Shown: positions 16,081 through 26,821, numbered from the stretch's first letter. The stretch is 32,697 nt of DNA from an uncultured Lachnospiraceae bacterium (GCA_947177105.1 CAMWTF010000001.1:1-32697), one strand, 5' to 3'. Translations and numbers: made by a program. Notes: generated from the sequence alone by a model not told the origin.

Positions 16081-17058
16081 ATGGAACAGTCTGTTAAAAA
16101 GAAAAAGAAATACTGGATATGGAAGATATTAGGCGTATTGCTGCTGCTTTCCCTTATTGCGGCAGTCATTCTGGCAATCTGGCTGGTGCCCAAGGCCCGC
16201 CGTCTGCAAAGGGCTCTGACAGCTCAGAATTGTGCGATTAGCGCGCAGGTGTGTCTGAATCCCCAGGCTTTGAGCGCTGACCAGCAGAAGTTCTTGCAGA
16301 GCCTGTGCCTGCTGACCGGGCTGGATGAGGCAGACTGGGAGAGACTACAGCTGCAGGGGGGATATGACACAGAAACGGTGGAGCTGAGTGTATATGACGG
16401 ACAGGATGCCCTGCTCACACGACTGTATTTGACACAGGATTGTCAGGCCATCGACCTGCATGTTATTTATGACAGGGCATATGAACATCTGACGGAGCGG
16501 ATCGGGCTGCTGTCCCATTTACTGCCCCAGTGGAGCATTGGGGACTATGTGGCATTGCAGCAGCTGCAGTATGCCTTTGGGCTGGAACTTGGAAAATCGG
16601 AGTCTGGGAAACCAGAGTATGGAAAATTCCCGGATTTTGAAGCCGGACTGGAACGGCTGCGGTCTAAGCTGTCCCTGCCCATGCTGTGCGGAGCCATATT
16701 GGCGGCGGACCAGTGGGATCGGGAAGAACAGAAACTGGTTTACCACATTACAGCTGCTGACAAGCGGCTGGCCCTTGTACAAAAGCTTGCGGAAAAAACG
16801 GGGCATACCGGGGAGACAGATTCCTGGCAGTGGCCGGAGGGTGCAGTGTTGGATGTGGTGATCTATCTGGGAGAACCCAAGGTGCGGATGCAGATTACGG
16901 GAAACCTGCCGAAAGTAAAACAGCTTGCGGATTGGTCTGTGGAATTAGTCTGGGATGACTATGTCGCCGGAAGCGGAGATATCTCTCTGGTAGACCAGCA
17001 GATGCTCAATGATCTGGCAACACTCCTGAGACTTCTGGAAACTCTGCGCGGGCAGTAG
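16081..17058 (+). CDS. Hypothetical protein with N-terminal membrane anchor
   Basis: 325 aa; KKKKK followed by a hydrophobic stretch of about 25 residues. Confidence 0.8.
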   Translation: MEQSVKKKKKYWIWKILGVLLLLSLIAAVILAIWLVPKARRLQRALTAQNCAISAQVCLNPQALSADQQKFLQSLCLLTGLDEADWERLQLQGGYDTETVELSVYDGQDALLTRLYLTQDCQAIDLHVIYDRAYEHLTERIGLLSHLLPQWSIGDYVALQQLQYAFGLELGKSESGKPEYGKFPDFEAGLERLRSKLSLPMLCGAILAADQWDREEQKLVYHITAADKRLALVQKLAEKTGHTGETDSWQWPEGAVLDVVIYLGEPKVRMQITGNLPKVKQLADWSVELVWDDYVAGSGDISLVDQQMLNDLATLLRLLETLRGQ

Positions 17059-17079
17059 GGATGAAAAACGGGACATCCT

Positions 17080-17622
17080 ATGTTAGAATTGGAAGTGAAA
17101 GTGATCAATATCAATTTTCCATCAGGGCATAGGATTCTGGAAGAATGTCGTCCGATGTATGAGTATTCTTGGTTTATCCAGCAGATCAAGGACTACCTGA
17201 GAGCGGGTTTGAACCGGGATGCCGCAATTACCCAAGCGGTAAAGGATTGTATAGAAGAGGGAATCCTGGTGGAGTTCATGGCGAATCATGGATCGGAGGT
17301 GGCGAATATGCTGTATACACAGTGGAATTATGACGAAGCGGTTTCAGTGGAACGAGAAGAAGCATATGAGGATGGCCGTGAGGCAGGCAAGGCTATAGGT
17401 ATAGCTGAAGGAAGGGCCCAAGGGATGTCCGAGGGCATGATAGAAGGGGAGCGACAGGTTATATATAGTTTTTTGGAACGCCTGGGAGAAATTCCCGAGG
17501 ACATTCGCGGAGCTATTGAGGACGAGCAGGATCGGGAAAAACTGAAAAAATGGTATATGGCGGCACCTGGTGCCAGAAGTTTTGAGGAATTTCGAGAGGG
17601 TATGAACGTGGCAGATAGGTAG
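17080..17622 (+). pseudogene. C-terminal part of a Firmicute Rpn-like / PD-(D/E)XK transposase-like protein, with the N-terminal nuclease domain missing
   Basis: LELEVKVININ...EYSWF...CIEEGILVEF...REEAYEDG followed by EG repeats and a LKKW...SFEEF tail. No clear RBS, and an in-frame stop 6 codons upstream. Confidence 0.6.
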
Positions 17623-17636
17623 TGTGACCGGATCTG

Positions 17637-17674
17637 AAAAGCAGGAAATCTTTAAAAAGATTATCCTGCTTTTT
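17637..17674 (+). terminator. Intrinsic terminator
   Basis: AAAAGCAGGA-AATCTTT / AAAGATT-A-TCCTGCTTTTT. Confidence 0.8.
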
Positions 17675-17690
17675 CTGCGAATGAAAGTGC

Positions 17691-17740
17691 TTGACATTTT
17701 CACCAAGGTAGTTTACACTGACAAATAAGCAATATATTGC
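17691..17740 (+). promoter_or_regulatory. Promoter plus candidate MarR operator
   Basis: TTGACA-N17-TACACT followed by the perfect palindrome GCAATATATTGC (17729-17740). Confidence 0.7.
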
Positions 17741-17759
17741 ATACCGCGAGGAGGATGTA

Positions 17760-18257
17760 ATGACAGCGAGAGAAGTATCACTTCGAATGGAGAAAAGGTA
17801 TGCATTGTTCGGCTTGTTCTTTGCATTTCATAACCGCTTGCAGGCTGTGGGAGATTCTTTTTATGAGGAGATCACATGCAAGCAGTTTTTTCTGCTGGCC
17901 TGCATGAACCTCTATACTGAGGAAGCCCCTACGGCAATGGAACTGGCCGGAACCATGGGGTGTTCCAGACAGAGTGTAAAGGAGATTTTAAACAGTCTCG
18001 AGAAAAAAGATTTTGTCTGTCTGCAGGCAGATCCTAAAGACCGAAGGAAGCGGCGTATTTTTTTGACAGAGAAAGCAAAGGCCATGGCAGAGCAATATCG
18101 GGAGAAGGAGGCCGTTTTCATGAAACGGCTCTATGCAGATGTGACGGACGTAGATATAGAATGTATCTATGAAGTACTGTCCCATATTGAAAATAATCTT
18201 AAGGAGATCAGCGAGACACTGATAGGAGGAGCACATGAAAGTAGTAGTGATATATAA
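17760..18257 (+). CDS. MarR-family transcriptional regulator
   Basis: ELAGTMGCSRQSVKEILNSLEKKDFV...DPKDRRKRRIFLTEK; GAGGAGG RBS. Confidence 0.93.
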   Translation: MTAREVSLRMEKRYALFGLFFAFHNRLQAVGDSFYEEITCKQFFLLACMNLYTEEAPTAMELAGTMGCSRQSVKEILNSLEKKDFVCLQADPKDRRKRRIFLTEKAKAMAEQYREKEAVFMKRLYADVTDVDIECIYEVLSHIENNLKEISETLIGGAHESSSDI

Positions 18258-18762
18258 TTCCCAGACGGGCTTTACAAAGCGGTACGCTCAGTGGATCGCA
18301 GAGGCAGCGGGGGCTGAATGCGTGGAATTGGAGGGAGCAAAAAAGCGCTCCTTTGATGACTATGATGCTATTATCTTTGGAGGATGGGCTTGTGCGGGCG
18401 GTATAAGTAAACTAAAGTGGTTCAAGGCTCATATGGACAATTGGAGGGGGAAAAAATTAATCGTCTACTGCGTGGGGGGAAGCCCGGCGGAAGCTCCGGA
18501 TATTCCTCAGGCGCTGCGGAGCAATTTCAGTGATGCCCAGTGGGAGAAGGTAAAGGTATTCTATCTTCCGGGAGGCTTCAACTATGAACAGATGCCCTCT
18601 GTGTCCAAGATGATGATGAAAGTATTTCTCAAGACTCTGAGGGCCAAAAAGGACAAGACAGAGGAGGAGAAAGTCATGGTGGAGATGATTTCTCACTCTT
18701 ATGACATCTCTGACAGGAAGTACATTGAACCGATTTTGGAGTGGCTGAAGAGGGGAGAGTAA
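18235..18762 (+). CDS. Flavodoxin-domain protein (Flavodoxin_5/HemG-like)
   Basis: IYNSQTGFTKRYAQWIAE FMN loop and YDAIIFGG; overlaps the MarR gene. Confidence 0.9.
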   Translation: MKVVVIYNSQTGFTKRYAQWIAEAAGAECVELEGAKKRSFDDYDAIIFGGWACAGGISKLKWFKAHMDNWRGKKLIVYCVGGSPAEAPDIPQALRSNFSDAQWEKVKVFYLPGGFNYEQMPSVSKMMMKVFLKTLRAKKDKTEEEKVMVEMISHSYDISDRKYIEPILEWLKRGE

Positions 18763-18786
18763 GAGGGGATTCCCTCTTACTGCTCC
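18754..18786. terminator. Hairpin between the convergent flavodoxin and MCP genes
   Basis: AGTAAGAGGG-GATT-CCCTCTTACT; no T-tract, so termination is uncertain. Confidence 0.55.
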
Positions 18787-20873
18787 TAAACCTTGAACAC
18801 GGATATTTCCGCTTTAAGGCTGTCCATGTTTTCACCCAGCATATCTGCGGTTTTGCTCAGATTCTCCACATTTTCAAGCAGTTTATCTGCCACATCTTTG
18901 ACAGTTTCCGCACTGCCTGCCGTTTCCTCAATAATGTTGGATATATTTCTGACTGCCATAACGGCATCGCTGCGCTCGCTGTCCGCCCGCTGGGTTCCCT
19001 CCGCGATTTCCCTCAGACCGTCCACCAGTTCATTCATACGCTTTTGCATCCCGCCGAACACAAGAATAACTTTATCCACAGCTTCTGTCTGCAGGGCAAC
19101 CATCTCTTTCGCCTGATTGGCGCTTTCGACGCTGTTTATGGTCTGGGCGCTGATATACGTTACATTGTCGCTGATTTCTCCTGCGGCTCTGGCTGATTCG
19201 TCCGCCAGCTTGCGTATTTCTTCCGCCACCACGGCAAATCCTTTTCCGGCATTTCCTGCCCGGGCGGCCTCAATGGATGCGTTCAGGGACAACAGATTCG
19301 TCTGCTCGGAGATGTCCGTGATCATTCCCACAAAGGAATGAATTGCCTCAGACTTTTTGCGCAGAGATTCGATATCGGCTCCCACCTTCTCTGTCATTTG
19401 AGTGGTTGCCTCCGCCCGTTCTCCCAAAAGCTGCACAATCTCCATTCCCTGATTAATCATGCCCTCCGTCTCATCTACAAGCTTTTCCACTCTTTCAACG
19501 ACATGGCTTACATTTTGTATCTCATTGGACAGCACATCTGTCTTGCTCACACATTCCCGGGCATGTTCCGATTGCATAGACATGCCCTCATTGATGCCGG
19601 AGACAGCCTGGGTTATGTCCTGGGAATAATTATTGATAACATCGGAGGTTCTTTCCACTTCCCGGGCCGAGTCCTCCAGCTGCCCCGTGGCGTGATTGAC
19701 CTTCTCCACCAGATTTTTGGTATTAGCTATCATATTTGTGGCGGAACCAGCCAGACTTCTAAACTCATCATGGCTTTTGGCTGTGACCTTTATCGTCAAG
19801 TCCCCCCTGGCAACTTCGCCGAGCTTTCTTGAAATATGTTTCATATTATTCTGTATGCCGGAGACAATGATAAGTCCTACCACCAATGCGATTATACATG
19901 CCAGAATCACTAAGCTGAAGGTCATATTCTTGATCTCCTGGGCCTGTCCGGTAATAATGGACATAGGCACCAGCGCGCATATCGTTGCCCCTGTCTTCTC
20001 GCTTACACTGTAAAGGAAAAGGTATTTTTCTCCCAAATAGTCAATCTGGCGGAAACCTTCCATATTTTCTTCCGCATTTATCTCCGCAAAAAAGTCCTGT
20101 TCAAAAAATACGTTCTCGCTTTCCGCCAACCTGCTGTCCTGTCCCTCGGCCAGTTTCTCGTTGACCAACTCCCGGCCGCCCGGAGTGACAAATCCCAGAA
20201 TGCTTCCCTCGCCCAGATCCATGCCAGCGATGAACTCCTCAATAGCGGCTGACGAGACATCGATCACGACACAGGCTTTATTGGCTTGAGATTGAATCTG
20301 ATAGGCCAGAATATATTGATCTGACTTTGAGTTCAGCTTCAGCTGCTCGTCCAGCAGGGGATGGCTGTCAATCCAACTCACTACACTCTTCCCATTGGAC
20401 GGAACGGATTCCACATAAGCCTTGTAAAAACCATCTGTATTGGTGTTGGCGCTGGTGGAGATCATATAAATCCCCTCCATCGTAATAATATGTATATTGC
20501 TGATAAAGCTGTTTCCGGCCCGGGCCGCCGTAATCTCCTTTTTATAGGAATCCCTCAACTGAGACATCTCGTAGGGATCATCCGTACTCAATCCCAGGAA
20601 ATATCTTGATAAATCGCTGTTAAAAGCATATTTCAGGGCCTCGGAACTGATGAAGGTACAACTCATATCAATATATTCCGTTGCCATATGTATTGCCTGC
20701 ATTGTGGAATCCTGGTATTTGTCGTTCATGCCCCGGGCGGCTTTCTGATAGGAGGACACTCCAATTATAATCATAAATACAATGGGCACAATGAAGCAGA
20801 ACATCACCTTGTTTCGAATCCCCATAACCATAAATCTTTGCTTACTGTTCTTATCGTCCCTGTTCTTCTGCAT
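18786..20873 (-). CDS. Methyl-accepting chemotaxis protein (2 TM helices, extracellular sensor, HAMP, signalling domain)
   Basis: [37 protein letters not shown] motif and two hydrophobic helices; start at 20873 from AGGAG. Confidence 0.95.
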   Translation of the reverse strand: MQKNRDDKNSKQRFMVMGIRNKVMFCFIVPIVFMIIIGVSSYQKAARGMNDKYQDSTMQAIHMATEYIDMSCTFISSEALKYAFNSDLSRYFLGLSTDDPYEMSQLRDSYKKEITAARAGNSFISNIHIITMEGIYMISTSANTNTDGFYKAYVESVPSNGKSVVSWIDSHPLLDEQLKLNSKSDQYILAYQIQSQANKACVVIDVSSAAIEEFIAGMDLGEGSILGFVTPGGRELVNEKLAEGQDSRLAESENVFFEQDFFAEINAEENMEGFRQIDYLGEKYLFLYSVSEKTGATICALVPMSIITGQAQEIKNMTFSLVILACIIALVVGLIIVSGIQNNMKHISRKLGEVARGDLTIKVTAKSHDEFRSLAGSATNMIANTKNLVEKVNHATGQLEDSAREVERTSDVINNYSQDITQAVSGINEGMSMQSEHARECVSKTDVLSNEIQNVSHVVERVEKLVDETEGMINQGMEIVQLLGERAEATTQMTEKVGADIESLRKKSEAIHSFVGMITDISEQTNLLSLNASIEAARAGNAGKGFAVVAEEIRKLADESARAAGEISDNVTYISAQTINSVESANQAKEMVALQTEAVDKVILVFGGMQKRMNELVDGLREIAEGTQRADSERSDAVMAVRNISNIIEETAGSAETVKDVADKLLENVENLSKTADMLGENMDSLKAEISVFKV

Positions 20874-21127
20874 TGTCGGCACTCCTGTTTGAGAATAAAT
20901 GTTATTTTGCGGCAGATATTCATCCTATTTCTTCATATCAAAATTATATATAATATCTAAAAATTTTGAAATACATTTACTGATAAATGGTCAAAAAGCA
21001 TAACAAAGTGAATAAAATTGCACAGTATCTGATTGCTGCATCCAGTTTAAACCGTTGAAAAATAAATTATGAAAAGTATGTGTCTTTGGGAAAGAAAGGA
21101 TGGAGCAATCTTCGTCCTGCAAAGATA

Positions 21128-21156
21128 TTGAAAAAACATAAATATTGGAATATAAT
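21128..21156 (+). promoter_or_regulatory. Sigma-A promoter for the MoxR-vWA cluster
   Basis: TTGAAA-N17-TATAAT. Confidence 0.75.
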
Positions 21157-21256
21157 GAAAGAAATTTAAACGGTTCGCATGGAACTGTATATACAATATC
21201 TGCGGCTGCCAGGATGCAGGGCAGCTTTTAATCAATGCGAGGAAAGGGCGAGGATC

Positions 21257-22372
21257 ATGGAAAAGCAGAAACTATTGCGGCCTCCTGTGGAGGTACGATA
21301 CCGGGAGGAACTTGAGGCGCTGAGAGCGACGGACAGTGGGAAGAGGCCGGAAAACTGGCTGCTTTCCCCCAGGGCGGTGCGCACATTCATCCTGGGCAGC
21401 AAAACTCCCATCGAGTATGAGGGCGGCGCTGTCACCATAGGAAAAAAATACTTCGGCAACGATGCTTTGGTAGAGAGATGCATCATCACTCTGGCGGGTA
21501 ACCGGGGGCTGATGCTGGTGGGGGAGCCGGGCACGGCCAAAACCATGCTGTCAGAGCTTCTGTCCGCCGCCATCAGCGGCGTCAGCACCAACACCATACA
21601 GGGGACGGCGGGCACCACGGAAGATATGATCAAGTACTCCTGGAACTACGCGCTGCTGCTGGCTAAAGGTCCCAGCCGGGAGGCACTGGTGCCCTCGCCA
21701 TTGTATGTAGGCATGGAACAGGGGCTTCTGACACGCTTTGAGGAGATTACCCGTACTCCTGCGGAAGTGCAGGACAGCCTGATCAGTGTGCTCAGCGACA
21801 AGGTGCTGAATGTGCCGGAACTGGGAGATGAGGGCATTCTTTTTGCCCGCCCCGGCTTCAATGTGATCGGCACGGCCAACACCCGTGACAAGGGCGTGAA
21901 TGAGATGAGTTCCGCTCTGAAGCGCCGCTTTAACTTTGAGACTGTCATGCCGGTGCGGGAAGTGGCGCTGGAAAAGCAGATTATTTTAAACGAGGTTCGC
22001 AGTCTGGCGGCGGAGAGCCATATTGACATGCCTGTGGACGAGGATGTGGCACAGCTGCTGGCCACTACATACCATGAACTGCGGGAGGGAGTATCCTCCA
22101 TGGGCCACCGCATTGACAGTCCCAGCGCCGTGATGAGCACCGCGGAGGCGGTGTCCGTGTATTACCAGACCATGATCGGCGGGTATTACTACGGGGACGA
22201 GAGCATGGATGTGGACAGTCTGGTGCAGAACCTGGTGGGCGCCCTCTCTAAGGAGAACAAGGAGGATCTGGGCCGGGTAAAAGACTATTTTAACACGGTG
22301 ATTAAAGACAAGGCGAGCAAGGACGGTGGCTTATGGAAACAATACTACGAAGCCAGGAAATGGCTGAAATAA
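21257..22372 (+). CDS. MoxR-type AAA+ ATPase, YehL subfamily
   Basis: WLLSPRAV, GEPGTAKT, YSWNYA, RFEEITR and TANTRDKGVNEMSSALKRRFNF motifs. Confidence 0.92.
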   Translation: MEKQKLLRPPVEVRYREELEALRATDSGKRPENWLLSPRAVRTFILGSKTPIEYEGGAVTIGKKYFGNDALVERCIITLAGNRGLMLVGEPGTAKTMLSELLSAAISGVSTNTIQGTAGTTEDMIKYSWNYALLLAKGPSREALVPSPLYVGMEQGLLTRFEEITRTPAEVQDSLISVLSDKVLNVPELGDEGILFARPGFNVIGTANTRDKGVNEMSSALKRRFNFETVMPVREVALEKQIILNEVRSLAAESHIDMPVDEDVAQLLATTYHELREGVSSMGHRIDSPSAVMSTAEAVSVYYQTMIGGYYYGDESMDVDSLVQNLVGALSKENKEDLGRVKDYFNTVIKDKASKDGGLWKQYYEARKWLK

Positions 22373-25300
22373 AGCTGCTTCCCGTGCGGCACCACAGCCC
22401 GGCCTGCGCCCGGCAGGTGCAGCGCGTGATTGAAGAGTGGCAGCCCCGGGCCGTGCTAATCGAGGGACCGGATACGGCTTGTCCCCTGATACCGGCTATG
22501 ATAGACCCTGCTACCAAGGCCCCCTTTGCCGTGTATTATTCCTATGACGATACCGCAGGGGCAGTGTCGGAGGACAAGGAGAAATATCGCTGCTATTACC
22601 CCTTTCTGGACTATTCCCCGGAACTGACGGCATTGCGGACGGGCAGCGCCCAGGGGGCGCAGGTGGCCTTTATCGATCTGCCCTACGGCGATATCCTGGC
22701 GGCATCCCAGGAGGGCAAGGGTATGCGTCAGGAGGGGGATAAGAGCAATTACAATGATGATTACCTGTTATCCCGCAACGACTATTTGCAGCGCCTGTGT
22801 GAAAAGACCGGGCTGCGCAGTTTCGATGAATTTTGGGAGAAATACTTTGAGTTAGAGGGGCTGGAGCAGGACGGCGAAACCTGGTTTGGGAATTTGCTGA
22901 CTTACTGCAGCCAGGCCAGGGAAAGCACACCCCCAGAGCAGCTGCAGGAAGAGGGCTGCCTGGCCAGGGAAGCCTATATGACGGAAAAAATTCTGGACAA
23001 AGCCAGGGAACTGGCAGGGGAGACCAAGCCAGAGCAAAAAGCAGTGGTACCTGCGGGGGAGCAAAAGGAGAACCGCATTTTGGTGGTGACGGGCGGCTTT
23101 CACACGCCGGCTCTGGCACAGCGGCTGAGGGAATCTGTATTGGCGGATTTGCCTGAAAAGCTGGTGGGCGCCAAGGATCAGGGCGTTTACCTGATGCCTT
23201 ATTCCATGGAGGCGGCGGACGCGCTGAACGGCTATGCCAGCGGCATGCCTTTTCCGGGTTTTTATCAGGAGATATGGGAGCATGTGCAGGAGGCGGCTCG
23301 AGATCATTCTGATAAGGAACATCCTGCACAGGAAGAACTGACACGCATGGCGCTTCCATATTCCAGGGCTGTGCTGGATATGATCGTTGCCACGGGCAAG
23401 GCCGTGCGCCGGGCGGAGGGCAGCGCTTCCACCTATGACGAGATCTGCGCCTGTTCCATGGTGGAGGGGGCGCAGGTGGCCTTTATCGATCTGCCCTACG
23501 GCGATATCCTGGCGGCATCCCAGGAGGGCAAGGGTATGCGTCAGGAGGGGGATAAGAGCAATTACAATGATGATTACCTGTTATCCCGCAACGACTATTT
23601 GCAGCGCCTGTGTGAAAAGACCGGGCTGCGCAGTTTCGATGAATTTTGGGAGAAATACTTTGAGTTAGAGGGGCTGGAGCAGGACGGCGAAACCTGGTTT
23701 GGGAATTTGCTGACTTACTGCAGCCAGGCCAGGGAAAGCACACCCCCAGAGCAGCTGCAGGAAGAGGGCTGCCTGGCCAGGGAAGCCTATATGACGGAAA
23801 AAATTCTGGACAAAGCCAGGGAACTGGCAGGGGAGACCAAGCCAGAGCAAAAAGCAGTGGTACCTGCGGGGGAGCAAAAGGAGAACCGCATTTTGGTGGT
23901 GACGGGCGGCTTTCACACGCCGGCTCTGGCACAGCGGCTGAGGGAATCTGTATTGGCGGATTTGCCTGAAAAGCTGGTGGGCGCCAAGGATCAGGGCGTT
24001 TACCTGATGCCTTATTCCATGGAGGCGGCGGACGCGCTGAACGGCTATGCCAGCGGCATGCCTTTTCCGGGTTTTTATCAGGAGATATGGGAGCATGTGC
24101 AGGAGGCGGCTCGAGATCATTCTGATAAGGAACATCCTGCACAGGAAGAACTGACACGCATGGCGCTTCCATATTCCAGGGCTGTGCTGGATATGATCGT
24201 TGCCACGGGCAAGGCCGTGCGCCGGGCGGAGGGCAGCGCTTCCACCTATGACGAGATCTGCGCCTGTTCCATGGTGGAGGGGCTGTCGGCTCTGCGGGGA
24301 AAGCCCCAGCCGGGGGCATATGAATTGCAGGATGCGGTGCTGGCCTGTTTCGTAAAGGGAGAATACAATCTGGCCACCGACGAGCCCATGCGGCTGCTGC
24401 GGCGGCAGATGACGGGAAAGCGTGTGGGCGAGTTGTGTCCAAACGCGGGGGAACCCCCTGTGCTGCAGGACTTTCGGGCTCAGTGCAAACGCTATGGACT
24501 GCAGACTTCCACAACGCTGGAAAATGAAGTGACGCTCTCCGTTTTCAGCAAAAAAAAGCACCGGCAGATGAGCATGTTTTTTCATCGTCTGCTGTTTTTG
24601 CAGGCTTCCTATGCCCGGCGGGTGAAAGGGCCCAATCTGCAGACGGGCCGGGATCGGAATCTGATGCGGGAGATCTGGAAATACAAATGGAATGCCCAGG
24701 TTATGGCGGCTCTGATTGATGCCTCGGTGTATGGCGGATCCGTGGAGGATGCAGCCAAGGGGCTGTTGTCCGAGCGGCTGAAAAAGGCAGTATATGCCCG
24801 GGAGGGCGCATTGCTGCTCACCCAGGTGCTGGAGATGGGCCTGGAGGGCCAGCTGGAGCCGGTATACGGCAGACTGCAGGAACTGCTCATGTCGGATACG
24901 GATTTTTACTCCCTGGCGGAGGCGTTACGATCGCTGACCATGGTGCAGCAGCTGCGCTGGCTCTATGGTTCCGAGTTGGATACCCAGGGGATGATACGCA
25001 CCTGTGTCCGCAGGCTCCTGGGGCTTTTGCCGGGGATGGCGCGGGTCAAGGAAGAGGATATGAGCCGATGTATGGAGGCGATGAAGCTGCTGTATCAGGT
25101 CATCGGCAGGATGGAGCGTGAGGAATCGCAGGAGCGGGAGAATCCCGGCGAGGAATCCTTACATGAGGGAAATGCGGACGGGGATAGGGAAGATGCGGAG
25201 GATTGGCAGACGTATGATACCCTTCTGGGCAGTTTCTTCAATGCGCTGCTTGCCATGGATCGGGACAATGAGATTCAGGCCGGCGTTCACGGCTGCATCC

Positions 25301-25704
25301 ACGGGCTGCTGTACGGCGGCGGTCGGGAGAGTGTGACAGCAATCGAGCAAGTGTGCAGAGGGTATCTGACAGGCACCAGGGAGCAGCTGCTGAAAACGGC
25401 CATGTTTTTCCGTGGTTTGTTCTATGGAGCCAAGGATCTGGTGTTTGTGGGGGACACTTTCCTGCGGATGCTGGATGAATTTCTGACCCAGATTGGGCAG
25501 GAGGATTTCATGCAATTGCTGCCGGAACTGCACATGGCATTCACTTACTTTACTCCGGCGGAGACGGACCGGATCGCGCAGTCCGCGGCAGGCTTCCACG
25601 GCAAGAGCCGCAGTCAGCTGCAGGAGCAGCAGGCGGTTCCCGAGGCATGGTATCTTTACGGGCGGGAACTGGAGAAGTTCGCCCTGGAGGAAATATATGG
25701 ATGA
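22360..25704 (+). CDS. DUF5682 family protein (YehM-like) with an internal 271-aa duplication
   Basis: PVRHHSPACA, VLIEGP, YYPFLDYSPE, FIDLP, REAYM, VVTGGFH and GYASGM motifs; overlaps the end of the ATPase gene. Confidence 0.88.
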   Translation: MAEIKLLPVRHHSPACARQVQRVIEEWQPRAVLIEGPDTACPLIPAMIDPATKAPFAVYYSYDDTAGAVSEDKEKYRCYYPFLDYSPELTALRTGSAQGAQVAFIDLPYGDILAASQEGKGMRQEGDKSNYNDDYLLSRNDYLQRLCEKTGLRSFDEFWEKYFELEGLEQDGETWFGNLLTYCSQARESTPPEQLQEEGCLAREAYMTEKILDKARELAGETKPEQKAVVPAGEQKENRILVVTGGFHTPALAQRLRESVLADLPEKLVGAKDQGVYLMPYSMEAADALNGYASGMPFPGFYQEIWEHVQEAARDHSDKEHPAQEELTRMALPYSRAVLDMIVATGKAVRRAEGSASTYDEICACSMVEGAQVAFIDLPYGDILAASQEGKGMRQEGDKSNYNDDYLLSRNDYLQRLCEKTGLRSFDEFWEKYFELEGLEQDGETWFGNLLTYCSQARESTPPEQLQEEGCLAREAYMTEKILDKARELAGETKPEQKAVVPAGEQKENRILVVTGGFHTPALAQRLRESVLADLPEKLVGAKDQGVYLMPYSMEAADALNGYASGMPFPGFYQEIWEHVQEAARDHSDKEHPAQEELTRMALPYSRAVLDMIVATGKAVRRAEGSASTYDEICACSMVEGLSALRGKPQPGAYELQDAVLACFVKGEYNLATDEPMRLLRRQMTGKRVGELCPNAGEPPVLQDFRAQCKRYGLQTSTTLENEVTLSVFSKKKHRQMSMFFHRLLFLQASYARRVKGPNLQTGRDRNLMREIWKYKWNAQVMAALIDASVYGGSVEDAAKGLLSERLKKAVYAREGALLLTQVLEMGLEGQLEPVYGRLQELLMSDTDFYSLAEALRSLTMVQQLRWLYGSELDTQGMIRTCVRRLLGLLPGMARVKEEDMSRCMEAMKLLYQVIGRMEREESQERENPGEESLHEGNADGDREDAEDWQTYDTLLGSFFNALLAMDRDNEIQAGVHGCIHGLLYGGGRESVTAIEQVCRGYLTGTREQLLKTAMFFRGLFYGAKDLVFVGDTFLRMLDEFLTQIGQEDFMQLLPELHMAFTYFTPAETDRIAQSAAGFHGKSRSQLQEQQAVPEAWYLYGRELEKFALEEIYG
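22652..24282 (+). repeat. 813-bp in-frame tandem duplication
   Basis: Unit 22652-23464 repeats at 23465-24277. The translations are identical and spot-checked DNA matches. AGGGG occurs at 22652, 23465 and 24278. Confidence 0.95.
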
Positions 25705-26821
25705 AGGACAGGTTTTAAACAGATGGCGGCTGGTGCTGGGGAAATATGCCTCCGGGCAGATTTCCTACAGCGGCGGCGGTGTGAACTATATGGGCATGGA
25801 GGAGGTGCTGGATTATCTGTACTCCCGTGAGTACGGGGAGGAGCAGGAGATCCGGCAGGACCGTCGGGGAGGCAGCGAAGGCTCCCAACTGACCGTGCCT
25901 AAGTGGCTCCATGAGATGAAGAAGCTTTTTCCCAAAGAGACTGTGGAGATCATGGAGCGCCACGCCCTGGAAAAATATGAGATGACGGAGCTTTTGACGG
26001 ACCCGGAAGTACTGCGGCGGTTGGAGCCCAACCGGGAACTGCTTAAGACCATCATGGGGCTGAAACATATGATGAAAGGCGAAGTGCTGCAGCTGGCCAG
26101 GGAGATTGTGCGCAAGGTGGCGCAGGAGATTATGGAAAAGCTTGAGCAGGATGTGCGCCGGGCATTGCAGGGCCGCCTGGATCGCACCAGCGGCAGTCCC
26201 GTTCGGAGTTTGCGCAATTTGGATATACAGAAAACCATACGAAAAAATTTGCAGCATTACGACCAGGACCGTGAGCAGCTGATACTACAGCAGGTATATT
26301 TCCATTCCCGGGTAAAGCGGTATCACCAGTGGCGGGTGGTGATCTGCGTGGACGAGAGCGGTTCCATGCTGGATTCCGTGATCCACAGCGCCATCATGGC
26401 GGGGATATTTGCCAGGCTTCCCATGCTGGATACCCGGCTGGTGATCTTTGACACCAATGTGGTGGATCTCAGCGGCCACGTGGAGGACCCGGTGGAGACG
26501 CTGATGAGTGTGCAGCTGGGGGGCGGCACCAACATAGCAGGGGCGCTGAGTTACTGTGAGACGCTGATTGAAAATCCCCACAGGACCTTGGTGGTGCTGA
26601 TCTCGGACCTGTATGAGGGCGGCGGTTATCACAACCTGTACAGCGTCAGCCGCAGCATCATCGAGAGCGGGGCCCGGCTGATTGCGCTGACGGCCCTGGA
26701 TATGACGGCAACCCCAAACTATGACCGGCATGCGGCGGCCCAGCTGGCTCAGATGGGCGCTTTTGTGGGAGCCATGACCCCAGAGCAGCTGGCGGAGCAT
26801 GTGGCGGATATGGTGGGATAA
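25697..26821 (+). CDS. vWA domain protein (YehP / VWA_CoxE-like)
   Basis: N-terminal RWRLVLG, MIDAS DESGSM, GGGTNI and LISDLYEG; GGAGG RBS; 8-nt overlap with the upstream gene. Confidence 0.92.
   Translation: MDEGQVLNRWRLVLGKYASGQISYSGGGVNYMGMEEVLDYLYSREYGEEQEIRQDRRGGSEGSQLTVPKWLHEMKKLFPKETVEIMERHALEKYEMTELLTDPEVLRRLEPNRELLKTIMGLKHMMKGEVLQLAREIVRKVAQEIMEKLEQDVRRALQGRLDRTSGSPVRSLRNLDIQKTIRKNLQHYDQDREQLILQQVYFHSRVKRYHQWRVVICVDESGSMLDSVIHSAIMAGIFARLPMLDTRLVIFDTNVVDLSGHVEDPVETLMSVQLGGGTNIAGALSYCETLIENPHRTLVVLISDLYEGGGYHNLYSVSRSIIESGARLIALTALDMTATPNYDRHAAAQLAQMGAFVGAMTPEQLAEHVADMVG

Noticed and set aside
16591-16630. Degenerate 15-nt repeat encoding GKSES-GKPEY-GKF
   Set aside because: Only about 2.5 imperfect copies; likely a small local slippage.
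20890-20940. Possible sigma-28 promoter for the MCP gene
   Set aside because: GCCGCAAA is a poor -10 match and there is no correctly spaced TAAA.
22670-24585. Duplicated minus-strand ORFs of 156-343 aa
   Set aside because: Shadows of the DUF5682 gene; they repeat only because of the 813-bp duplication.
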